From the IMG/VR virus record IMGVR_UViG_3300030105_001413, positions 1 through 40,965 of that record: a DNA stretch of 40,965 nucleotides. One strand, 5' to 3'. Position 1 is the first letter of the stretch, and each line of letters opens with the position of its first letter. The notes under the pieces are model-generated. The model saw only the letters and a program-made list of their open reading frames with translations. It was not told the DNA's origin and made no database searches. Shown one piece after another: positions 1 to 8,805 of the stretch. Position numbers and translations under genes: made by a program. Source of the stretch: a virus. Taxonomy: Duplodnaviria > Caudoviricetes.

Positions 1-877
1 CCTGAGGAGAGGCCAGTGTGAATGCGTTAACGCTGATCCCCGCAATAGAAGATGTGACGTAGGCCTTGATGCTCTGCTGACTGGCCACCTTGGTTGCGCT
101 GTTGGTGCCCATTGCATCTTCATCTAGCATCCATGCAGCCCCAGCAAGGCTTGTCATATCATGTAGTCCATCAGGGGTGACCGCCCTGGTTGCGTCTGTA
201 CCCGTTGTCGTTTCAGCAGTTGTGGCAAGCTCGACAATGCCTGCTGCACTAGTAGAAGCAGCCGTAGTACCTGCCGCACCTAAAGTAGTACGAGCTGCTG
301 CTGCTGACGTGTCATCAAGTACTGTCGCCATGAATGTAGAGACTGTCACGCCACCGGTAGTCCCTGCCGATACGGTAGGAACTCCTGATCCATTAAAGGT
401 AAGGAACTTATTGGCTCGTGTGGCCTGGCTAGGTATCTCGACACTCACGGTGTCAGTGATTGGCCCTTTAAGACTACGGTCTATATCGTCCTGCTGTTGA
501 AGAGAGATCATCACGCCTTTATCAAGACCACCTTCAAGAACATCAGGGAAATAACCTCCTTGATTAAGAAGGTCAATGTCTTGCAAAAGAGATAGTTTCC
601 TCTTCATAACAATCTTTTCGCCAGTAGCCAGTCTAGTAGATCCTGTTGCAGGAAAAGTTACAGACCCTGTAGACGGTAGGCTAGATGGCGTTGACAGAGT
701 TACGCTGTAATTTGTCGTACCAGTACCTTTTACCAGAGTAGTCTCGTTTCCTGCTGTGTCAACTTTAATAACTAGTAGGTCTGTATCAAGGAACACAGTG
801 AATGGGGAGAACGAAAATACAGTTGCACTTCCGTTACCCGACGCTGTAACCTTTTTAGTAGTAGATGAAACTGTCAT
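1..877 (-). CDS. Tail fibre protein, N-terminal part (T7 gp17-like anchor domain); runs off window start
   Basis: ATG at 877-875, open to base 1 (hand translation: MTVSSTTKKVTASGNGSATVFSFSPF...DLLNQGGYFPDVLEGGLDKGVMISLQQQ...GIVELATTAETTTGTDATRAVTP...FTLASPQ). Contains the T7 tail-anchor motif and phage tail-fibre repeat; not in the ORF track because it has no stop inside the window. Confidence 0.9.
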   Translation of the reverse strand, partial: MTVSSTTKKVTASGNGSATVFSFSPFTVFLDTDLLVIKVDTAGNETTLVKGTGTTNYSVTLSTPSSLPSTGSVTFPATGSTRLATGEKIVMKRKLSLLQDIDLLNQGGYFPDVLEGGLDKGVMISLQQQDDIDRSLKGPITDTVSVEIPSQATRANKFLTFNGSGVPTVSAGTTGGVTVSTFMATVLDDTSAAAARTTLGAAGTTAASTSAAGIVELATTAETTTGTDATRAVTPDGLHDMTSLAGAAWMLDEDAMGTNSATKVASQQSIKAYVTSSIAGISVNAFTLASPQ

Positions 878-893
878 TTTCTTTCCAAATCTG

Positions 894-3800
894 TTAAATC
901 TGTGGTCCTATAGTTAGAGCTTCGTAAGCTGCTTTACCTTCTCTGTTAACTTTACTTTGCAATTCTTCATCTTCCCACAGCAGTCTTGCTCTAGCTCCCT
1001 TGCGGAAGTACGATTGAAGATTACTAAAGATCAAAGACTTAACACCATCAGGTCCATTAGTGGAACTATTCCATTCAGAAGAAAGACTATGAGTTCCCGC
1101 GATAATACTATTCATTGTGTCTAGTAAACCAAGACCAGTATTAGGATCTTTCCAACCATTACCTGCCAACTCCTTAAACCTAGCATGCTGATGGGTTGTC
1201 AACTCTACTGAAGCACTTCCATACTGAGACGGGAAAGATTGCCTTTGAGTCGGTGACCTAATTGTAACTCGATTCTCCCAGAGCCAATCACTCGCTGCTG
1301 GTGAATTTGCTTTCATAGTAAACAGCGGGGAAAGAATTTTAGGACCAAGTGTCATATGAGTAATATCTTCTCCCCAGTAGTTCTTATTAGCTGGAAGATC
1401 ACTACTATAACCAGGAATCCTTGATTTTATATTATCAAGGATACTCTCAGTATCTCTCCATACAGGGTCAACCTCACCCTTAATAGAACTTAAAAGACCT
1501 GACCCAGGGATAAAGTTACCAGCAACACCGGCAATCATTCTGTTAAGTGCATCTTCATTTCCACTTGTAAAGGCTTGAAGAACCTTACTCATACTGTTAA
1601 GCCAAGTCTTACTCACAACTGATTTAGAGATTGCCAAGGAAAGAGCACTCATAATGTCTAGGCTATCGTCATCCCTCATATTGCCTGTCATCTCAGCAGC
1701 AGATGCTGCAATGCCAAAGACAATACCAATAGGGTCTGCTCGATCATAACTAACCCAAGTATCACCTACCAACATACTAAAAGGCTGGTGCGTCAGAAGC
1801 CAATCTTCACGTAGCCCAGGACTAGTAGGACCAGCGCCAGTAACTCTTTCACTCCAAACTTCATTTGCAATAGTAAACGCAATACCAGTGCCTAGCGTAA
1901 TACGTGCTAGAGCTAGATCACCAGCAGCACCACCCTTTGCGATATCTGCTCGGACACTCTTAGCAAAGAACCCAAGTGGTGTACGTACTCCTGCAAACTT
2001 AACAATGTTTGTAGGGGTCTTAAAGAATGGTACTATAGCCTTTCCGATAAGAGGGTTGTTATTTAGAACAGCCTGCATCTTCTTGCCTGTAGAACCAAGT
2101 GGCGTAGTGAGAGTTAGTGCATGTCCGAATGCCCTAGCTTCCGCCAATTGATCAGGCGTTGCTTTCATCAGAACTTCATTGACTTTCTCAGCGTACTTCT
2201 TTCCAGTGAGACCAAGCCTAGTGGCTTCACGATGCCCTAGTGCAGTCAAGTTTGCTTTAGTAGACCACACGCCAAAGAACTCATCAGCAACTGACAATGC
2301 CTTGCTTGTAGTGTTGAAGAGTAGACCAATCCCATCAAGGGTTTTACCTAACTGTCTAGCAAAAGCTTTATCACTCTTATTAAGGCCCCAAGTTTCAGCA
2401 GACCATGCTCGTACAGCATTCTGATCTAGTTTTTGATGAGTTGTTACACCAGTTTTAGCTGTTACCCATGAAGCAGTGAGGGCTTCTTTAAGAAATGTTG
2501 CATAACCCTGCATCATTGCAGTGGCTTCGCCTTCTACAATAGCATCTTCAGCACTACCACGTCCAAGGGCTTGCCTAGCTTTACCAATTTGTGCAGCCAG
2601 AGAACGCTCTGGAATTTGATATAGAACGTTAATAGAGTTACCAAAGATATTACCAGCGTGAAGAGGCACAGATGACAACCAGCCAAAGTACCACATCTCA
2701 ACAATCATATCTTGAATACGCTTAGCTTTAGTACCGTTGCGCAAAACCCTAACAGTATCTTCTGAAGCACCATCAGCAATAGCTCGCATCAAACGGATAG
2801 CTTGGTCCATGCTCCCTTCATTGATAATAGCAGAGTCAATCTGTTCTTTAACTTCTTGTTCTGTGCCTCTTAGAGGAGTGAAGTTTTCTAAGAGTCTACC
2901 TGATTTATAGTTCTCCCCAGCTCTTATCTTAGCTTTCCTCATTTTCTGACCAAACCCTACATTCTGTAGACCTCTGCCCATATCGGAAGCTTGGTTCTTT
3001 AGAGATTCACCAATACCTTGCTGAATGTTCAGCATACGCATGCCTTCATAAATCAACTGTTGGCTTGGATCGTCAAGGGTATTGTCTAAAGACAGCCTGG
3101 AAATCTCATCCGCTATAGATTTTGTCCGCATTTCAGCAGCATCATACAGCATATTTGTAGCGTGTAGGAATCCTTGAGGAGATCCTCCTCCTGGAATGTA
3201 AGACATAACTTGATCAACGCTTACATCCAGCCTTAGAGCCAGCTTCTCCATAGCAGCCATAGAGATTGGGCCTTTAGGAGAATCCATAACTTCTTCAGGA
3301 ATGTCCCATCCCTTTGGCTGTGCATTTTCTGCCTCGATACTACGTGCCCTGACACCAAGGTTCTTTCCTTCGATCCTTTTCAACTCTGGCATCTTGTGTT
3401 TGATCTGCCTAAGCAGGACGTGCATCTGGCGTTCACCAACTGCACCTACCCCACGCCAGTTAGCTTGGGCTACACCTTCTGCATTTGGCTTCCCAACAAC
3501 CAATCCACCTACAACGTTGTCACCTTCAGAGATCTGGAATATCCTGTCTCCGTCACGCACTTCTCTTGCAAGGCTTGTTCCATTAGCAGAATCAATTTCA
3601 ATAAGCTTTGCTGTATCAATTTCTACAAGGTGGTTCTGGTCAGAATGGATGGCCCTGTTGAACTCAGGAGTGTCCACCATATTACTGTTAAACGACTCTG
3701 CCATAGCTCTGATGTTAGTGTTTTCATCAAACTTAGCAAAGTTAATGCTGTTCAGGAAATCATGCTTGCTGATTTCACCTCTTAGATATTGTTTTACAGT

Positions 3801-6074
3801 GGTTCTTTCTATAATACCTCTTTTGGGATCACCCAGCATCTTATAGACTTGAAACATTGTTTCTGGAGGAGCTACAGACAGCTTAGTAGGGTCATATACT
3901 TTGACATGCCTACGTGCAGCCGGAGGACCAACAAAATCAGTTCCGTCACTAGTACCGAGCGGTTCCTCACGTACAGGAGGCTCGATCATAGGAGCTGATT
4001 CACGGACAGTACGAGGCTGAGGTTTAGTCCACTCCCCTAAGAAATCTCCAAACATGGACTCGATGTCATTGTCTTCCATCCCACGTTTACGAGCTGCACC
4101 GATTACCCCTTGATCTATCTTATCCTTGGACAAACCACGTTGCATCAGTTCATCCATAGCTTTAACCATCTGAATGAACAAGCCTTGTTCAGATACGTCT
4201 CCGCCACCATCACGAATTAAGGAAAATTGCTCTGGTTTTAGGTCTAGCAGAACACGTTGAAGATCAAGAAGGATCTCTGCGTTTTTTATCTCGGGGGAAT
4301 AAATGGAATTTCGCGAGGTCCTAAGCAGTTGATCAAGATCTTCGTATGTTAGACTATCTCCTTCAATGTCTCTATTACCGTAAATAACAAATGACTGATC
4401 TTCAGTCATATCCATAAGCTCAAGCTCTCTCAGAGCTGAATCACTATTTCTCTGATCTAGCTTGATAACTTTTTCTGCTGTATCAGGGTCAAACACTCGC
4501 CGAATATCGGCAGCATGTCCAGCCTTTGATGCTTCTGCTGCTTCTTCTATCTGGTCACCAGACATACCAATGACACTATTAGGGGCTTTATAGGTACGTG
4601 TAAAAGGTTTAGTCGGTACAAAACCAGCAGAAACTTGTGGGCTTGCAGCATCAGTACCAGGAACTTTTGGACCTACACCATCAATTACCTTGCGCCAATG
4701 TCCCTCATAATCATTATGAAGAAGCCATTCATTGATAACAGGATTATTTAGTGCGTCACTGTCTCCATCCAATGCACGTTGAAGAATCTCAGGATCTAGA
4801 TCTGGATCTCCGTCCAAACCTCTAAACATATCATCCTGCATCTCTGCATTCTTGTAGTCAAAATACTTACCAGGCTGCAAAATATAACGAGCTGAATCGT
4901 TGTTAATCAGTTCGAGAGAGGCTTCACCTTCTACACCGTTATAATAAACATTCAGGTTATTTTTAAGGGGGTCTCGACGATTAGCAAGGCCAGCCTTTGC
5001 CTTGGCAATTTTCAAAAACCTCAGACTTGACATAAAGGTTTTACCGAAGACAGCCATAGCTGGCTCGGCAATGACACCAAACATAGCGCCTTCGACCATT
5101 GTCTTTAGACGAGATTCAATAGCACCGTCTTCATCATCCTGCTGCAAGTAATCCAACACAGGGTTCTTCAGAGGAACACCTGCGATTTCTAACTCATTGA
5201 GCATATTGGCAAGGCGTTCCTCGTGCGGGTCCCACACAAAGTAATCCGTAACAGCACCAGCAGCCGTGGCTTGAGCAGCCCGACCATACCAGTTCATAAC
5301 CTTAGCGCCGCCTGTGGCAAGCCTGGTTGCTCTGAGCACAGGAATAAACGCAACAACAAATTGAGAGATGCTCTGAGTAACTTGACCAGTAACTGTATCA
5401 GCCTCTGGCACAGGAAGTTGTGCTGGATTAGTTTCTTTTGCATGCTGCAAATAATAAGCAAAAGGAGCTACCGGGCTAACTTTCATTGCATCCTGTACAG
5501 ACATAGGGATATTGTCATACAGAACTTCACCAAGCTCATCAATAGCATTGGCTGTATTATTAAGTGCAAGGGCGGCACCGCCATACACTTGCTCTGGGAT
5601 TTCAGCAATGTTCTTGAAGACCTTCAAAAAGAGTGGGTCATCTTCTGGAACATCTCCCATTTCATTGAGTGGCTTTGGAAACTCATAATCTGGGTTGGCT
5701 TTCAGTCTTTCAGCAGCAGCGGCTGCATTTTGAGCAAAATTCTCTTCTGATATTTCTTTAGAGGTTTCCAACAAAGGAAGCTCATTATCATCGTCTTCTT
5801 CAAGCTCAGTAGGACTGAACGGATCATTTTCTATAGAAGACTCAGCGACTGTAATAGGGTCTTCCTCTTTAATAACAGGGTCTTCATCGTAAACAAGAGG
5901 ATCTATTTCTTCAGTTACAGTTTCTTCAATAAGAGGTTCTGGGTCTTCTTGTGTCGGCACAATCTCTTCATCTGCAACAAGGTCTGATTCTTGCAAAGGA
6001 TCTAGATCTGGCGAGGCAACGTTACCTAGCACCTTGTCTTCTTCAATCTTTTCAATCTCATCAGTCGTTGCCAT
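894..6074 (-). CDS. Large internal virion (ejectosome, gp16-position) polyvalent protein with C-terminal LPD38-like region
   Basis: 1726 aa; last of the internal-virion genes before the fibre; acidic N-terminus; C-terminal WVSYDRADPIG...IKSRIPGYS..LP..NYWGE motif typical of LPD38-containing podophage proteins. Confidence 0.8.
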   Translation of the reverse strand: MATTDEIEKIEEDKVLGNVASPDLDPLQESDLVADEEIVPTQEDPEPLIEETVTEEIDPLVYDEDPVIKEEDPITVAESSIENDPFSPTELEEDDDNELPLLETSKEISEENFAQNAAAAAERLKANPDYEFPKPLNEMGDVPEDDPLFLKVFKNIAEIPEQVYGGAALALNNTANAIDELGEVLYDNIPMSVQDAMKVSPVAPFAYYLQHAKETNPAQLPVPEADTVTGQVTQSISQFVVAFIPVLRATRLATGGAKVMNWYGRAAQATAAGAVTDYFVWDPHEERLANMLNELEIAGVPLKNPVLDYLQQDDEDGAIESRLKTMVEGAMFGVIAEPAMAVFGKTFMSSLRFLKIAKAKAGLANRRDPLKNNLNVYYNGVEGEASLELINNDSARYILQPGKYFDYKNAEMQDDMFRGLDGDPDLDPEILQRALDGDSDALNNPVINEWLLHNDYEGHWRKVIDGVGPKVPGTDAASPQVSAGFVPTKPFTRTYKAPNSVIGMSGDQIEEAAEASKAGHAADIRRVFDPDTAEKVIKLDQRNSDSALRELELMDMTEDQSFVIYGNRDIEGDSLTYEDLDQLLRTSRNSIYSPEIKNAEILLDLQRVLLDLKPEQFSLIRDGGGDVSEQGLFIQMVKAMDELMQRGLSKDKIDQGVIGAARKRGMEDNDIESMFGDFLGEWTKPQPRTVRESAPMIEPPVREEPLGTSDGTDFVGPPAARRHVKVYDPTKLSVAPPETMFQVYKMLGDPKRGIIERTTVKQYLRGEISKHDFLNSINFAKFDENTNIRAMAESFNSNMVDTPEFNRAIHSDQNHLVEIDTAKLIEIDSANGTSLAREVRDGDRIFQISEGDNVVGGLVVGKPNAEGVAQANWRGVGAVGERQMHVLLRQIKHKMPELKRIEGKNLGVRARSIEAENAQPKGWDIPEEVMDSPKGPISMAAMEKLALRLDVSVDQVMSYIPGGGSPQGFLHATNMLYDAAEMRTKSIADEISRLSLDNTLDDPSQQLIYEGMRMLNIQQGIGESLKNQASDMGRGLQNVGFGQKMRKAKIRAGENYKSGRLLENFTPLRGTEQEVKEQIDSAIINEGSMDQAIRLMRAIADGASEDTVRVLRNGTKAKRIQDMIVEMWYFGWLSSVPLHAGNIFGNSINVLYQIPERSLAAQIGKARQALGRGSAEDAIVEGEATAMMQGYATFLKEALTASWVTAKTGVTTHQKLDQNAVRAWSAETWGLNKSDKAFARQLGKTLDGIGLLFNTTSKALSVADEFFGVWSTKANLTALGHREATRLGLTGKKYAEKVNEVLMKATPDQLAEARAFGHALTLTTPLGSTGKKMQAVLNNNPLIGKAIVPFFKTPTNIVKFAGVRTPLGFFAKSVRADIAKGGAAGDLALARITLGTGIAFTIANEVWSERVTGAGPTSPGLREDWLLTHQPFSMLVGDTWVSYDRADPIGIVFGIAASAAEMTGNMRDDDSLDIMSALSLAISKSVVSKTWLNSMSKVLQAFTSGNEDALNRMIAGVAGNFIPGSGLLSSIKGEVDPVWRDTESILDNIKSRIPGYSSDLPANKNYWGEDITHMTLGPKILSPLFTMKANSPAASDWLWENRVTIRSPTQRQSFPSQYGSASVELTTHQHARFKELAGNGWKDPNTGLGLLDTMNSIIAGTHSLSSEWNSSTNGPDGVKSLIFSNLQSYFRKGARARLLWEDEELQSKVNREGKAAYEALTIGPQI

Positions 6075-6096
6075 TATGCTTGCCTCAATGTTTTAT

Positions 6097-7710
6097 TCAT
6101 TGTCCTGGGACTACATTGTTGAGAGTATCCCATTTTGCCAATTCTATATCTCTGTCTTTACCCAATTCCATGGCGTAAATAAAAGCAATAGACTCATCAA
6201 GCGCCCTACGCACAGCCACTGGATCTCTACCCATTAATGTCGATGGATCAAAACTTGTCGGCATTCCATCAGGAAGTTTATCCCGAGTAAGATGTACACT
6301 GTCAATTGGTGTTGCCAATTCCATCAGACTGTTATAAGCTGCTTGAACTGCATCCTTATTTTGTCCGTCAATATCGCTTACCAAATTATAAAACTCTAGT
6401 TGAACTTTAGTAACTCTTACGGATGTATCCCCCTGCGATCCTGGGGCTGTTCCACTTAAAATATTTGAAATTTGAGTGTTAAGGAGTTTATACAAATCTC
6501 CTGAAATATTTATATTTTCTTCCTTTTCTTTTTGGATTAAGAGACTGTAGACGCCCGCAATCTCTTTCTGGGTCATCGTGCTTTCTTCAATTTGGTCTCT
6601 AATATCATTAAGTTCTTCTGTATTGGTGGGTTCCAAGTTAATTATTTCACTTTGAAGCCTCCAGTACAGGTCTTCGTTTCCTGTTAGATTGCCTGTAAAT
6701 TTCATAAGTTGAGAAGAGTTTAGACCACCTTCATCAGCCATCTGCTGGGCATCTGCTGTTACATCTTCACCTGCTGCCGCCCTGCCGATTAGACTAATAA
6801 AGTTTTCTTCCTGATATCTTACTTTTTGATCATCTGCAAGAGTTTGAGCTATTCTTTCATCATTTAGGTGTAACCTTAGAATTTGATCAAGTTCATTTCT
6901 AGCTAGTGCCAAATCAGCAGGAGTAAAGGAAGCGGCTTTAAGACTTAAAAATCTTTTTGCCAAGTCAATTCTTTCTTGTCTGTCCTCATCATATCCAGAC
7001 AAGGCAATGTTCATTGCAAACATAAATGAGATCTCTGAACGACCTTCGACCTGGGCATTTTCAGTTACCAAGTGATGCTCACCTGCATTAGCTCCTATTG
7101 TTGCCAATACAGTATCTGATGTGTCCATGGTACTCTGCCACAGATCAAGGTTTGCAATTCCGTCTAGCGTATACAAATTGTCAGTCATATATGTGATAGC
7201 TTCTTCACGATATGCTTCGTTCATAGCTGCGACAGCGGCAGTACGTTGTCCAACAGCATGGTAGTTAATCTGATTAGATGCAGCATCGATGCGAGCAACA
7301 GAGGCATCTCCAAACAACTTAGCAATACGTGCGTTTTCTGATCCCTCAATCTTGGACGCTGCAAACTGTTCAATAGCCATATTGGTATTAAGTTGATTAT
7401 CGACAGCGTTGTAACCTTGTGTACTTAAATACCCTAGGTTTTCTGGAGTTCCATCACCCATCAGTGTTTCTTTAATGAAACTACTAAACTCAAGTTCCAT
7501 TTCCTGAGCCGCAGTTAGGTTCTCCTGCTCCTCAATATGAAGCATAACTTCAGAGCCCTGCTCTACAGCTCTCCCAAGCTCCTCTGCTGCTCTGATTTGG
7601 GCACGAGCAGTATAACCACCAAATGCACCAAGAGGCGCTGAGCCGCTATTAAATGGGGATTGGTTAACAGTAGGGGCAACTGTACGTTTTGTGTTAATGG
7701 TTATAGGCAT
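6097..7710 (-). CDS. Internal virion protein (gp15-position)
   Basis: 537 aa, helical/Ala-rich, N-terminal MPI...AFGG motif; syntenic between the gp14-like and gp16-like genes. Confidence 0.7.
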   Translation of the reverse strand: MPITINTKRTVAPTVNQSPFNSGSAPLGAFGGYTARAQIRAAEELGRAVEQGSEVMLHIEEQENLTAAQEMELEFSSFIKETLMGDGTPENLGYLSTQGYNAVDNQLNTNMAIEQFAASKIEGSENARIAKLFGDASVARIDAASNQINYHAVGQRTAAVAAMNEAYREEAITYMTDNLYTLDGIANLDLWQSTMDTSDTVLATIGANAGEHHLVTENAQVEGRSEISFMFAMNIALSGYDEDRQERIDLAKRFLSLKAASFTPADLALARNELDQILRLHLNDERIAQTLADDQKVRYQEENFISLIGRAAAGEDVTADAQQMADEGGLNSSQLMKFTGNLTGNEDLYWRLQSEIINLEPTNTEELNDIRDQIEESTMTQKEIAGVYSLLIQKEKEENINISGDLYKLLNTQISNILSGTAPGSQGDTSVRVTKVQLEFYNLVSDIDGQNKDAVQAAYNSLMELATPIDSVHLTRDKLPDGMPTSFDPSTLMGRDPVAVRRALDESIAFIYAMELGKDRDIELAKWDTLNNVVPGQ

Positions 7711-8348
7711 TACGTAATCCCCTGTGTATTATAAATATCATACGTGTACCATTTACCCGCAACAGTACCTGCTGTGCCTAAAAGAGTTGAGGTTGCTGCC
7801 ATCTTACTCGCACTCTTAGCATCTTTACCAGCAGCCAACTGTAGTGCTGCTTGATCCTCAAACTGTGAAGCCTGGATACGAGCAGCCATAGCTTGCCTTT
7901 CAGCATTCTTAGACATTGTTAGTTTGTCCAGAGTACCAAGCCTCACTGCATCATCAATAAGAGACAGAGCAGTATCTTGATCAACTACAATACCAGCACC
8001 TGCAAGCTGTGCCTTCTGCATAGCGATTAACTGTGCAGTCTCTTGGCTACGTTCCTGAATAGCAACGCCAGCAGCACTTTCAATCTCTCTAGCCGTTCGT
8101 CGAGCTAGTTCAGCGTTTTGGGTAAGTTGAGCAGCTTGGTAGACAGATTGCTTCTGTAGAGCATCCCCCTGTGCTAACTGACCACCTGCTGCCATACCAC
8201 CACTGAGAATAGAACCTCCCATAGCAATGCGCTGAGCTGTAGTGAACGGTACATTCTCTTCTTCAGGAGCTAATGAGACAAGTGGATTAAAGGTCCCAAA
8301 ATTGTACCTTGGACTGCCTGATCGTTTTCCTGTTGCTGTTACTGCCAT
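7710..8348 (-). CDS. Internal virion protein (gp14-like)
   Basis: 212 aa, Ala/Gly/Gln-rich with QKAQLAGAGIVVDQDTAL motif typical of gp14-like proteins; synteny. Confidence 0.75.
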   Translation of the reverse strand: MAVTATGKRSGSPRYNFGTFNPLVSLAPEEENVPFTTAQRIAMGGSILSGGMAAGGQLAQGDALQKQSVYQAAQLTQNAELARRTAREIESAAGVAIQERSQETAQLIAMQKAQLAGAGIVVDQDTALSLIDDAVRLGTLDKLTMSKNAERQAMAARIQASQFEDQAALQLAAGKDAKSASKMAATSTLLGTAGTVAGKWYTYDIYNTQGIT

Positions 8349-8349
8349 T

Positions 8350-8805
8350 TTAGTTCCTCATCTCATGTAAGTGGAAGGGCAATCCTTCTGCACCCATTGG
8401 TGTAGCTGGATGTACTGTTGCTCCAAGCCACTTGAGCCACCTTACGGAGCGTGTGTGTCTTGCATCGACTACATTTGACATATAGCTAAACCGTTCTTTT
8501 AATCCATCTACCCATTGCCTACTAGCTCCTAGAAAGTATCGTGGCTTTTCCATCAACAATGGAGAGCCAAGCATCCATGGGCAAGCAATATTACTGAGTA
8601 AGTTAGGGCTGCTGTAACCAAATACTGCTGCAACTTCCCCTTCTGACAGCCAGGTTAAAGTTGTGCGTGAGTTCTTTACAGAGTAATCCAAAGCTTCTCT
8701 AGGTGTCATATGATCCCATGCCCATACAGCATCTACATCTTCCTGCTGCATAGTCGAAGATAGTCGATCTATATGCCAATCCTCTAAATGTACAATCTCA
8801 TTCAT
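8350..8805 (-). CDS. T7 gp13-like GNAT-fold internal virion protein
   Basis: PWMLGS and MSNVVDARHTRSVRWLKWLG motifs; directly after tail tube B. Confidence 0.8.
   Translation of the reverse strand: MNEIVHLEDWHIDRLSSTMQQEDVDAVWAWDHMTPREALDYSVKNSRTTLTWLSEGEVAAVFGYSSPNLLSNIACPWMLGSPLLMEKPRYFLGASRQWVDGLKERFSYMSNVVDARHTRSVRWLKWLGATVHPATPMGAEGLPFHLHEMRN

Noticed and set aside
90-500. 136-aa plus-strand ORF, and other antisense or nested ORFs such as 3301-3846, 5223-5750, 13440-14126, 20170-20802 and 28593-29027
   Set aside because: Shadows of well-supported genes on the opposite strand or frame, with no recognisable motifs.
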